NCBI GenBank assembly: GCA_964525635.1
Contig: CAZGJX010000004.1
Coordinates: 16,144 to 80,143 of the forward strand
Reading direction: 5' to 3'
Length of the DNA stretch: 64,000 nucleotides
Source: an uncultured archaeon
GTDB taxonomy: Archaea > Asgardarchaeota > Lokiarchaeia > Sigyniarchaeales > SOKP01
Part shown: positions 28,671 to 38,740 of the stretch, one piece after another
How the letters are laid out: each line of letters opens with the position of its first letter
Numbering within the stretch: position 1 is the first letter of the stretch
Notes under the pieces: model-generated
The model's input: the letters and a program-made list of their open reading frames with translations, nothing else
Told to the model about the DNA's origin: nothing
The model's database searches: none
Program-made: the position numbers and the translations under genes

Positions 28671-29909
28671 TTATTTATTTTTTTTTTCTTTATCAATTTT
28701 TTTACAATAATGTGATACTTCTTCAATTAGATCTTGAAGATTATCTATCTGGGAACCAATAAAATTAAAAATTTCTTTTCTATATTGAGGAGAATCTCTA
28801 ATTTTTGTTTTATCTAATCCAAGGTAATTTGGAAAACAGATTAATTTCATTAAATAAGGTAGAACTTTTTCATTAGTCTGAAGATCCTTAAAAATAGCAT
28901 AAAAGATATTCTCATCTGAGAGCTTCCATTTTAATATTCCCATATAGACTAAAAAAGCAAAATTCATTGCAATCCAATTTATAAGTTCCTTAGACAAAAA
29001 TCCTCTCCTTCTTGAAGCGAATGCTAGATAATATATTATAAGGGTCTCATTACTAAATTGTGGAATTAATCTATTTACTCCATCAGATTGTTTATTTTCT
29101 TTTAAATAATTATTATCAATCAATATATCAACAAATTTATTTTCTGGACCTAAAAAGATACCATCTATAACACGAAGACCTATTCTTTTAGCTATACTTT
29201 CTATAGATTCTTGTTCTGTATTAGCAATTGAATCAATGTAAGGTAAAAACATATCATTTTTCAAAATTAAAGGAAGTTCATAGTTATCTCGCTCAGGAAA
29301 GGGTCCATAATTAGGATCTAAGTTGTATAATGATGTAATGTTATTAATAATTTGATAAACTTTTGGTGATAAACCTGGAATTATAAAAAAATCTGGATTA
29401 TCTAATTCTTCTCTATAATAAGTATGAGATTTTAATAAATGTCTTTGTGATTCATAGAATTCTGATGCATAATTTAATAATTTTTCATATGTTATTTTAA
29501 TTGTATTACCCCTTGGAAATAAAATATTTTCGATGAATTTTGTTAATTTATATAAATATGTTTTTTCAAGATCTCTTTGATCTGGATTTGATATATTTCC
29601 AAGAACTGTTAAAGCATCAACAGATTCTTGGAGGAATTCAATAATATAATCTTTAATATCTATAAGTGTAATTTTATCCTTATATTTAATAATAAAATCT
29701 TTCATTATTTCATAAACATTTGATCGATACATGGCAGAGAATTCCGATAATGCACGTACTTTACGAACATTTCTTTTTTCTTCCTCTTCTCGAATTTTAT
29801 CCAGAACTTCTGTATCATACAATAAATCAGGATCTAAATCTTCGATAATTCTTCTTGTTTCTCGAAGAATCGGCCTCATATGACTAAGAAATGTTTGATA
29901 ACGTGGCAA
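28671..29909 (-). CDS. Hypothetical protein, first gene of the operon
   Basis: 412 aa, TTG start, preceded by a 530-bp AT-rich non-coding gap. I recognised no family. Its TAA stop is in the same frame as the following AAA+ reading frame and directly abuts it. Confidence 0.55.
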   Translation of the reverse strand: MPRYQTFLSHMRPILRETRRIIEDLDPDLLYDTEVLDKIREEEEKRNVRKVRALSEFSAMYRSNVYEIMKDFIIKYKDKITLIDIKDYIIEFLQESVDALTVLGNISNPDQRDLEKTYLYKLTKFIENILFPRGNTIKITYEKLLNYASEFYESQRHLLKSHTYYREELDNPDFFIIPGLSPKVYQIINNITSLYNLDPNYGPFPERDNYELPLILKNDMFLPYIDSIANTEQESIESIAKRIGLRVIDGIFLGPENKFVDILIDNNYLKENKQSDGVNRLIPQFSNETLIIYYLAFASRRRGFLSKELINWIAMNFAFLVYMGILKWKLSDENIFYAIFKDLQTNEKVLPYLMKLICFPNYLGLDKTKIRDSPQYRKEIFNFIGSQIDNLQDLIEEVSHYCKKIDKEKKNK

Positions 29910-30440
29910 AATATCAGTCCATTTCTCTGAACGAATTTTTTATCATCTCATTCCGATATTCAGATTAATTTTTAATTTCTTTTTTTTCAATAAAGTGAAT
30001 TTGAATAGATCTAAATATTTGGAAAAAAAAGTTATTCTTGTAAATAAAACATTTCTAAAAAATTTTACTGAAGAGAACGAAAATACATAATCTGAATAAA
30101 GTTATACTTTATTTTACTAAATTTTAATTGTTATCTTTAGGTGGTTCATATTCATTGAATATATATACATATCAATCTCTCTAACCAAATTTTTACTCAT
30201 TTCATGAATTTGTCTTTAAATTATTTTAGCTAAAGTATGATTATATAATTGAATAATAAATATATTAAATAATTAATTTTTAGATAAATCCTTGAATAGG
30301 TTCATGATATTATAAATATTATGACAATTATCCCTCTACTAATTAAAATAAAAAATGTGGTTTTAGTGAAAATAACATGAATTTTTTTAAAATATACAAT
30401 TTAAAAAGAATTCTTAAAATCAATAATTAATCCCCTATTC

Positions 30441-32624
30441 TTATTGATTAAAATCATTATAGTTCTTAAAATAAAAAGCTAAGATTGGAATCAAATCTTT
30501 TGGAGTAATAATAACTAATTTCTTACTTTTCCATTTAGTGATTTCAATTAATGCCATTTTTAATTGAGTGTCAACAACTCTTCCAGATACAATTAATACA
30601 AAACTAATTGATTCATTAAAACATGCTTCGATAAATTGTTCTAATAAATTATCATTATTTTTAAAAGTTAATTTGCTAAAGGGGATGTCATGAATGTATT
30701 CAAGATTATCATTAGATGTTTTCTTATAACTCTTTGCAATTCCATAAATTAATTCAAGACCAGTAGAAAATTTCTGGGAAAATTCAAAATCTCCAAACTC
30801 CAATCCACTATGAGGATGTGACTGACCATTAGATAGTTTAGAAAAAATTTTAGAGATACAATCAATTTCAGAATTCTTAAGCAAATGACAATTTCTACAC
30901 TTTCCTTTGTATTCTTTGCATTTTTCTAAAATTTGTGTTATATTTTGAGTTTGAGCTTTTTGAATTGTTAGATGAAGCTCATTTATTTTAGGGATTTTTT
31001 TAAAACTTGGTAATTCGTTCCATTGATATAAAAGTTTCTTTTCATTAATAGTTCTATATAGCTTATTCTCTTTAATATAATATATCTCTTTATCGTTATT
31101 TATCAGAAATCCAATTTCTAATATTTTAAATATTTTATTAATCTCTGTTTTTAATTCTAAACTAAAGATGTATGCAAATATCTCATTTTTATTCAAATAT
31201 TGTTTATGGTTGTTTATACATTCAATTTCTATTTCTTCTGATATTTCAGTTTTGCATTGAATGCATTTTATTAATTTATCTTTTCCACTCTTTTTATTTT
31301 TTATAAAATTGGTTGAATTACAATCTTCGTTTGGACATTGAAGAATTGCATTAGAATCACTTTTTTGACATCTAGAATTAACAGAATTGATTAGAAAATC
31401 TTGAAAATAATATGCTATATCGGAAGGAAATAGAAATTCTACACATTCTATTTTTGTATTATTTTTTAAAATAATTACTTTCTCTATTAATTCTAATAAT
31501 TTTTCTTGGGCGTTCTTACTTCTAATATAATTATATAATTTTGTTCTTTTGATATAATCATGAGATCTAATATATAAACTAAAATCTTTTGTTAAAAGAA
31601 ATTCATCTTGTATTTTCATTAATTCTATTAATAACTCAATGAGCCAATCTCTGCATTTATCAATTTTAATATACTTTCCCTTTAATGAGATTTTACCAAC
31701 CTCTGAGACGTCTATTTTAATTTTCTTGGAAAATCCTTTAATACTTGTAAAATAGGTTCCCATCTTCCTTTCATATTCTTTTAAAAACGCATATATAGGC
31801 TCTTTTTGTTTTTCGGGAAATTTCTTATCAATTATTATAATAGAATCTAAATATGAATTATCAATCTCTCTTTTAGATGCAAGAGCTATTTTTATAATTT
31901 CATTAAAATCAAAAATCTTATCTATAATATCTTTCTGTAAATTAAATTTCCAAAAGACAGTTTTAAATAATTTTTCAAAAAATTTAATTATTGCTTCAAC
32001 AATTCTATAAGCTTGGCATTTTATGATAACTAAATGATTTATAATATCAATCCAAAATAATCCAAACTTTAATGAATATACATAACTTGGAATATAGTCT
32101 TTATCAAGATAATTTATTTTCTCTAAAAAATCGAATTTGAACTCTATAATTTTTTCTTTCCAAATATTTTTATTTAATAATTTAAATTCTTTAAACCTTA
32201 GATTAGATATATTATCTGCATTTTCAACTCTTTATTTTAGTGTAAATTTACAATATTCATTTAATTTCAATCCTTTAAATGATGCTCTAATTATTTTACT
32301 TAATTCAGTAGTATTTTCAAAATTATGTTCCTTATATTTATATAAGTAAAAAATAGGATTAGTACTGTCTCGAAATTGAAAAAATAATTCCTTTTCTTCA
32401 CTGATTGATAATATATTACATATTATAAAAAATTCAATGAGTTTATAATGAGGAAGATTATTAATTCTTTGCTTTGGATTTTCTACTTCTTTTTTGAAAA
32501 CTTTTAAATATTTTTTTTTTAATTCTTGTTTCGAATAGTTCTTTTTATTTAAAATTCCTATTAAATAAGAATCTGGAACTACATTCAAGAAAAAATGACG
32601 TTGAGGATTTTTGTCTAAACTCAT
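30441..32624 (-). pseudogene. 727-codon reading frame interrupted by a single in-frame TAA (32234..32232). It contains Zn-ribbon motifs and a possible C-terminal Mrr/restriction-endonuclease-like domain.
   Basis: ORFs 32232..32624 and 30441..31763 share one frame. The 156 codons between the TAA and the first Met have no stop and no ATG/GTG/TTG (my translation). Cys pairs are CPNEDC...CIQC and CRNC. The C-terminal pattern SFVLIVSGRVVDTQLKMALIEITKWKSKKLVIITPKDLIPIL resembles REase C-termini. Confidence 0.5.
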
Positions 32625-32875
32625 TTTTTGATACTAGGAAAAATGAAATATAAGATTATGTCTTTAATAAAGAATCTTTCTACATTTATTTAAGTTTTAA
32701 CATATTTCTTAATATTTTATCATTTTTAGTTTTAATATGTAATTAAAACATTTCCATATAATAGATTTCAAAGTTTGATCAATTAATTCAGCTAAAAGTT
32801 TTTTTTTTTAAATATGACTATCTAATTTTTTCTAGAAATAATACATAATTATTTCTAAATAAATGATGAAGTACT

Positions 32876-33220
32876 ATGATAAAAAATAGAAATTATCAAT
32901 ACTTAGTTAGATTTTTAACATTAATTGGAGGAATTGGTGGATTCTTTTTTTCTTTCACAAATTTATATCATATTATTGATGTTATTGAATTAATTAACAT
33001 AGAAGGGTTCACATATATTATAATAAATTGTATTGGAATGATATTTGCAGAAATAGTAATGCTATTTTCAATAAGACCTAACAAACCTATTCCAATTCAT
33101 TTTGTACTAATTGGAATTATGGGTTTTTTAATTATGATTTTCAGTTATTTTTGGTGTGGTTTTTTATTATTAATCGGAGGAGGTATTGATTTAATTACTA
33201 GAACAGGTGGGAAAGAATGA
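32876..33220 (+). CDS. Small integral membrane protein
   Basis: 114 aa with 3-4 predicted TM helices. Its stop overlaps the next start (ATGA at 33217). Confidence 0.55.
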   Translation: MIKNRNYQYLVRFLTLIGGIGGFFFSFTNLYHIIDVIELINIEGFTYIIINCIGMIFAEIVMLFSIRPNKPIPIHFVLIGIMGFLIMIFSYFWCGFLLLIGGGIDLITRTGGKE

Positions 33221-36200
33221 AATATTTTATAAAAATACATTATAAGTTTATTGTTTTAATAATTCTAGCTTTTTTAATTTTTAATTTTATTCCAAACTTA
33301 GATTTAATGCATTATAATGAAGATAAATTTGAATCCTCTAGCTTTACTAATGAATTATTATGCTCTAGTATAAAAAGTAATTATAATATAATTGAAGATC
33401 TCTTTAAAGATAAAATAGAACAATATTCAGAAAATAACTATTATAATCAATATTACACCCCTTCTTTACAAGGAATGTTTTATGCTCTATATATATTAGA
33501 TGTTATTGGAAAATTAAATTCAGCTAACCATACTTCAATGGTCTCCTATATAATAAATCAATATGATGAAGATTTACAATTTTTTATGGGTGATTATTCA
33601 TACCATTATTTGGACACAGACTTTAATTTAAAGTACTATTCTTTAAATTCAGTATTAGAAGTAAATTGCTATGCTGTTTTATCTCTTAATATTTTAAACA
33701 GAACTGATTTAATAAATTCAGAGAAATTTATTGATTTTATTTGGAGTTGTTTTAATCCTAATAAAGGGGGATTTATAGAACAACCATTTAATCATGATAT
33801 TCATCCATTTTTTAAATTACCAACATTAGACAACACTTATTTCGCAATTCTTACCTTAGATTTGTTAAATAATGATTGGAGTTTAAATAGAGGGGAAAAA
33901 AATAATATAACTAATTTTGTTAACAGTTTGCAAAGTGACATGAGTAGTGATATCTTCTTTGGAGGTTTTCTCAATGACAATAATGATAATTTTAATAGTC
34001 TAAATTGTTTTGAACCAAATCTTCTTTCAAGTTTTTATGCAATAAAGATTCTTGACATTTTTGGATTAAAGGAGACAATTGATATGAATAATTTCTATTC
34101 ATATTTGGGATTTTTATATGATTCAAATGAGAATTATTTTAATTTTGCTGGATTATTGCCATCTAATAATTATTCAAATTTAATCGCTAGTAGTTTAGGA
34201 TTAGATCTTTCTATTATTACTAATTATTTGAATATAAGCAAACAAGAGATTATTACATTCTTATTAGAAAATCAGAATGGTATAGGATTATGGTCTCATA
34301 CTACAGAAACCGAAACACTTCAATTAATTGATACTTTTCAAATAATCAGATCTTTAAAAGAATCAGGTAATATAGATATATTAAATGAATCTAATAAAAA
34401 TAAAATTTCTGAAGCATTATCACTTTTTACCTCTAATCATGGATATAGTATAACACCTCACACGTTTACTCTTCAATCTACTTTAAACACAGTAATAAGA
34501 TCATTTTATTTGCATGATAGAATTTCTGAATTAGAAATCCAAGATCTTTATTCAAAAATCGAGAAATCTTATTATGATTCAGATAATGATCCTAGTCGAG
34601 GATTTTATGCTTGTATAAATTTAGATAGGGCATATTCAGATTTTCGTTGTCTTCCTATAGAGTTTCATAATTTTGGAAATCATATATTCACATCAAAAAT
34701 TGATTATCCAAATGCTCAAAAACATACTTATTTAGCATTGGATTCTTTGAGAAATATTTTTAAAATGGATGATTTTTCAAGAAGACATAATCTAACTGAA
34801 TTATTGCATAGTATATTAAATTGCCAATATATGGATGAGAATTCTCCTTACTATGGGGGTTTTATCCCTTTTGAAGGATTAAACCAATTGAATACAACAA
34901 ATAAAGAAAAATTCATATTCTTAGAAAATTCTTACTATACAATCAAATGCTTAGAATTACTCTCTCAGATTCTTGGCTTAAATTCTATAACTAATATGAG
35001 TTTTAATAAAGAAGCCTTATTCAATTATTTACAAAGTAATGTAAAAGAAACAGATTCGGAAGTTTATTTTCAACCATCTTATAGCTCAGATATAGAACTT
35101 GCATTAAAAAATACGTATTTTATGATCTATATACTACAGACTCTAAACCTTTATGATCTTAACACTCTGAAAATTAAGAATTTCATTTCAAATCATTTAA
35201 ATTATGAAAATATTATTAATATCTACTATTCATATAAAATCTCTGAACTATTAAAGTTAAATTTTCCATTCGATTCTGAAAAGATATATGAATTGGTTAA
35301 ATTATTATTTGTTGAAGATATAAAAGAATTCAAAGTATCTAAAGATTTTAATGTAATTAATCAAGAAATTGTTTTATGGATAGTAGAAATGGCGAAATTT
35401 AGTCCTCTTGAAATTGATTTTGATTATCAAGAGATGATTAAATTAGGAAGTGTAAATACGATAAGATTAAAATTTCAAAACATGATTCTTAAAGAATTTG
35501 GAGATTATGTTATAATAATATATGAAAATGAGCAATTAGGTACACTTTATTTTGAGGAACAATATGATAAATCATATCAAGTAAGTTTCTATATCCCTGA
35601 AGAACCTCAATATTTTCCTTCTATAGATGGTAAAGTTAAAATTTATATAAATGGTGTCTTGACAAAAGAATTAAATATTGAAATACAGACAGAACTAGAT
35701 CAAGTAATAATAGAAAAGATCAATAAAGTAAACACAGAAATATGTTTTGAATACAATATCTCTCGACTAACTAATTCTGAATATCTCGCTTTAGGTAATT
35801 CTTCACTAAAAACAGAGATTTATTACCAAAATAATCTTATTGATATAGTTAATTTTGAAGAGGAAGTGTTTATTAACCATACTTATTATTTCCTTGAATA
35901 TAATTGTTCTTTCGAAGGTCTTTTTGAGTTTAAAATAGTATTAACTGATGATTTTTATCCCTATGGTTTAGATTTATCAATTATACCTTTTGAGGTTGAG
36001 TTTCAAAATACTGAATTAAATAATAATCTAATTTTCACTGGTCCCTTATTAGCAGTTCTATGTTTGATGCTAAGTTCAGCAATATTAATTATTTCAATCA
36101 ATTCTGGAAAATATTTAAAAAATAAGTTTTGGGTTAAAAATCCAAAAGTGAACCCCCATATAGTAAAAGAAGAAGAAGACTACAATACAATTGATAATAA

Positions 36201-36237
36201 ACTTAAATCATATGTAAAAAAACTCTTTAAAGATTGA
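33217..36237 (+). CDS. Large secreted/membrane-anchored protein with prenyltransferase/terpene-cyclase-like alpha/alpha-toroid repeats
   Basis: 1006 aa with an N-terminal TM/signal (FIVLIILAFLIF) and a C-terminal TM anchor (LLAVLCLMLSSAILIISI). It has repeated units of the type GGF.....T(Y/F)(Y/F)A(I/L)..LD(L/I)(L/F)G. Confidence 0.55.
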   Translation: MKYFIKIHYKFIVLIILAFLIFNFIPNLDLMHYNEDKFESSSFTNELLCSSIKSNYNIIEDLFKDKIEQYSENNYYNQYYTPSLQGMFYALYILDVIGKLNSANHTSMVSYIINQYDEDLQFFMGDYSYHYLDTDFNLKYYSLNSVLEVNCYAVLSLNILNRTDLINSEKFIDFIWSCFNPNKGGFIEQPFNHDIHPFFKLPTLDNTYFAILTLDLLNNDWSLNRGEKNNITNFVNSLQSDMSSDIFFGGFLNDNNDNFNSLNCFEPNLLSSFYAIKILDIFGLKETIDMNNFYSYLGFLYDSNENYFNFAGLLPSNNYSNLIASSLGLDLSIITNYLNISKQEIITFLLENQNGIGLWSHTTETETLQLIDTFQIIRSLKESGNIDILNESNKNKISEALSLFTSNHGYSITPHTFTLQSTLNTVIRSFYLHDRISELEIQDLYSKIEKSYYDSDNDPSRGFYACINLDRAYSDFRCLPIEFHNFGNHIFTSKIDYPNAQKHTYLALDSLRNIFKMDDFSRRHNLTELLHSILNCQYMDENSPYYGGFIPFEGLNQLNTTNKEKFIFLENSYYTIKCLELLSQILGLNSITNMSFNKEALFNYLQSNVKETDSEVYFQPSYSSDIELALKNTYFMIYILQTLNLYDLNTLKIKNFISNHLNYENIINIYYSYKISELLKLNFPFDSEKIYELVKLLFVEDIKEFKVSKDFNVINQEIVLWIVEMAKFSPLEIDFDYQEMIKLGSVNTIRLKFQNMILKEFGDYVIIIYENEQLGTLYFEEQYDKSYQVSFYIPEEPQYFPSIDGKVKIYINGVLTKELNIEIQTELDQVIIEKINKVNTEICFEYNISRLTNSEYLALGNSSLKTEIYYQNNLIDIVNFEEEVFINHTYYFLEYNCSFEGLFEFKIVLTDDFYPYGLDLSIIPFEVEFQNTELNNNLIFTGPLLAVLCLMLSSAILIISINSGKYLKNKFWVKNPKVNPHIVKEEEDYNTIDNKLKSYVKKLFKD

Positions 36238-36312
36238 TCTATTACATTAATTTTTTTTTTTCTTATTTCATTTCTTTTTTCTTTAAATAATTATATATTA
36301 AATTTTTATTAA

Positions 36313-38730
36313 ATGAAAGAACAAATTCAAAAAAAGAATGTTTTATTATATTGTGAAAACTGTGGTGTAAGAATAGATGATATAGATCTAAATAATAATA
36401 TTTTGGAGAATAATAGTTTATTTTGTCAATATTGTGGGATTGAAATAGATATCAATATTGACTCTTACACCTCCTTTAAATCGTCTAAACACGAAAATGA
36501 CAAAGATAGAAATAATTATGATACTCCGTTGGAGAGAATTCTATATGACACAAAATTACCAAATAATTTTAAGCAAAATTTGATTATTGTAATAGCCCGG
36601 TTATCCTATGAACCAATAAGAGAATTTGAACAAATACTAAATAAAAAGATTAGAAATATTAAATTAACAAAGGAACTATTAGACAAGTTGGAAAGTGTAA
36701 TAAAACCTATAACTTACAAAGAAATTCGTCAAAATTACCTTAAGAATCTCTATAAAAATATGAAAATAGAAGATTTTAACCATTTTCATACCCTTCTGAA
36801 GGAGAATCTAAAACTTAATCCTAATTATGAACATGATTTTATTATATTTTTAAGGTGGATTATTTTTCAAGTTTTTACAATCATAAAGAAAAAATGGAAT
36901 AATAAGGGGATTTCTAGTTTCCATAAAATCGTTAGAGAGGATTTAAAGAAATTTTTTAATGTAGATCATGAAAACATTAATAAAAATAATTTAAAAATCA
37001 ATTCAAGGATGATTAAAATTATGGTAATTTTGGAGGAAAATTTTGAAAGATTTTATAGTGTTTCTGATTTAGCTGATGAAATAAAAGCAGACCGTGCTAA
37101 TATTGCGAAAGATCTTAATTATTTATTAAAACATAATTTAGTTGATTACAGATATGAAGGAAAAAGAAAATTATGGAAAGCTATAAAAAAAATACCGAAA
37201 AATGAAAAAATTCAACATATATCTGTTGATAAACTAAAAGAACTCTATGTAGAATTATGGAGTTTTAAAAAGATAGCAAGATTTTTGGAAAATCAAGGTT
37301 TTAGCAAAATATATCATCCAACAACCATTGATAAAAAAATTAGAGAATCATTTCATTCAATAGAAGAGTATGAAAAATGGAAAAATGAATTTAAAGTTAA
37401 TAAATTAATTGAAATTGCTAAATTAAAAGGTGGTAAATTTTTAGGAAATAAATATCTTGGGATGAAAACAACACATATTTTTTATTGTGAAAAACATAAA
37501 AGAAATTTTAATATTACTCCTGATTGTTTGATTAATCGGGGACAATGGTGTCCAAAATGTGGACATGAAAAAGCAGGAAAAAAACAGAGATTAAAAATTG
37601 AAAATTTAGAAAAAATCATTAAAAAGAGAGGGGGTAAATTAATTTCAAAAACTTATGGAAAAGATCAATGTGATCCTATTATAATCGAATGTAAAATGCG
37701 ACATAAATTTTCAATTTTACCTAAGACATTAAAGAGAGGTGCTTGGTGTGATATATGTTCTTCAGGAATCAATGAAAATATTACCAGAAAGATGTTCGAA
37801 TATATATTTAATGTTAAATTTCCAAAAAGTACTCCAAAATGGTTAATAACAAAAAAGGGATTTCAAATGCATCTTGATGGATATAGTAAACAATTGAATA
37901 TTGCTTTTGAATTTCAAGGAAAACAACATTATCTATATCATTCCTATTTTCATAAAAATGAAGATGCTTTTCATAAACAACAAAAAACGGATCTATTAAA
38001 ACGAAAACTATGCAAAGAAAACAAGGTTAAATTAATTGAAGTACCATATTTTATAAAAAAAAAAGACCGATTTATTTATATTATTGATGAATGTAAAAAA
38101 AGAAATATTAAAATAAGAAAGGATCTTGAACCTAAAAATTGGAATGATTTTAAAATTTATCTACCAGAAAAATATGAGAGATATAAGAAAATGGCAAATT
38201 CATTCGGTTTTGATCTAGTTTCTGGAACTTACAGAGGATTTTACCAAAAAGTTACTTTAATATGCCAAACCTGTAACATTAATTTATATGTAACTCCTAA
38301 TTTAATACAAAGAAAAGTCAGGGAAGAAAAAATATTAGAATGTCCTAATTGTAAGTTTACCAAAAATATAAAGAAAATAATTGATAAAATTCAAGATAAA
38401 AATGGTAGACCTATTAAATTCAAATTTAAGGGTAAGGATAAAAGACTTTATTTTCTCATTGAATGTATGATATGTAATTATCAATGGTGGTTGAGGGATG
38501 ATGCAATAATGGGAGATGTATCTTGGTGCCCTAAATGTTCTGGTAAAGAAAAAAGAACAATAGAACGAATAAATAAATTCGCTAATCGATTTGATGGTAG
38601 ATGTATAAATAGAGAATATTTTAATAAACATACATATTTTACATTTCAATGCAATAAATGTAACCACCAATGGAAATCAACATATGATATGATGAAAAAA
38701 AGAAAATATTTTTGTCCTGCATGCAAATAA
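36313..38730 (+). CDS. Multi-zinc-ribbon protein with an embedded Vsr/DUF559-like PD-(D/E)xK nuclease domain
   Basis: 805 aa. N-terminal Zn ribbon CENCG...CQYCG and a central wHTH-like segment. Five ~45-aa repeats end in WCPKC / WCDIC / CPNC / WCPKC / CPAC. Between repeats sits HLDGYSKQLNIAFEFQGKQHY...KLIEVPY (a D...ExQ/K nuclease-like core). Confidence 0.6.
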   Translation: MKEQIQKKNVLLYCENCGVRIDDIDLNNNILENNSLFCQYCGIEIDINIDSYTSFKSSKHENDKDRNNYDTPLERILYDTKLPNNFKQNLIIVIARLSYEPIREFEQILNKKIRNIKLTKELLDKLESVIKPITYKEIRQNYLKNLYKNMKIEDFNHFHTLLKENLKLNPNYEHDFIIFLRWIIFQVFTIIKKKWNNKGISSFHKIVREDLKKFFNVDHENINKNNLKINSRMIKIMVILEENFERFYSVSDLADEIKADRANIAKDLNYLLKHNLVDYRYEGKRKLWKAIKKIPKNEKIQHISVDKLKELYVELWSFKKIARFLENQGFSKIYHPTTIDKKIRESFHSIEEYEKWKNEFKVNKLIEIAKLKGGKFLGNKYLGMKTTHIFYCEKHKRNFNITPDCLINRGQWCPKCGHEKAGKKQRLKIENLEKIIKKRGGKLISKTYGKDQCDPIIIECKMRHKFSILPKTLKRGAWCDICSSGINENITRKMFEYIFNVKFPKSTPKWLITKKGFQMHLDGYSKQLNIAFEFQGKQHYLYHSYFHKNEDAFHKQQKTDLLKRKLCKENKVKLIEVPYFIKKKDRFIYIIDECKKRNIKIRKDLEPKNWNDFKIYLPEKYERYKKMANSFGFDLVSGTYRGFYQKVTLICQTCNINLYVTPNLIQRKVREEKILECPNCKFTKNIKKIIDKIQDKNGRPIKFKFKGKDKRLYFLIECMICNYQWWLRDDAIMGDVSWCPKCSGKEKRTIERINKFANRFDGRCINREYFNKHTYFTFQCNKCNHQWKSTYDMMKKRKYFCPACK

Positions 38731-38740
38731 TTTAATTTTT

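Noticed and set aside
32200-32260. A BHB or hairpin intron around the in-frame TAA of the 727-codon gene.
   Set aside because: Only a loopless palindrome (UGUAAAUUUACA) and a small 5-bp hairpin ~20 nt downstream are present. No 3-4-3 bulge-helix-bulge arrangement can be drawn, and no excision is needed to keep the frame.
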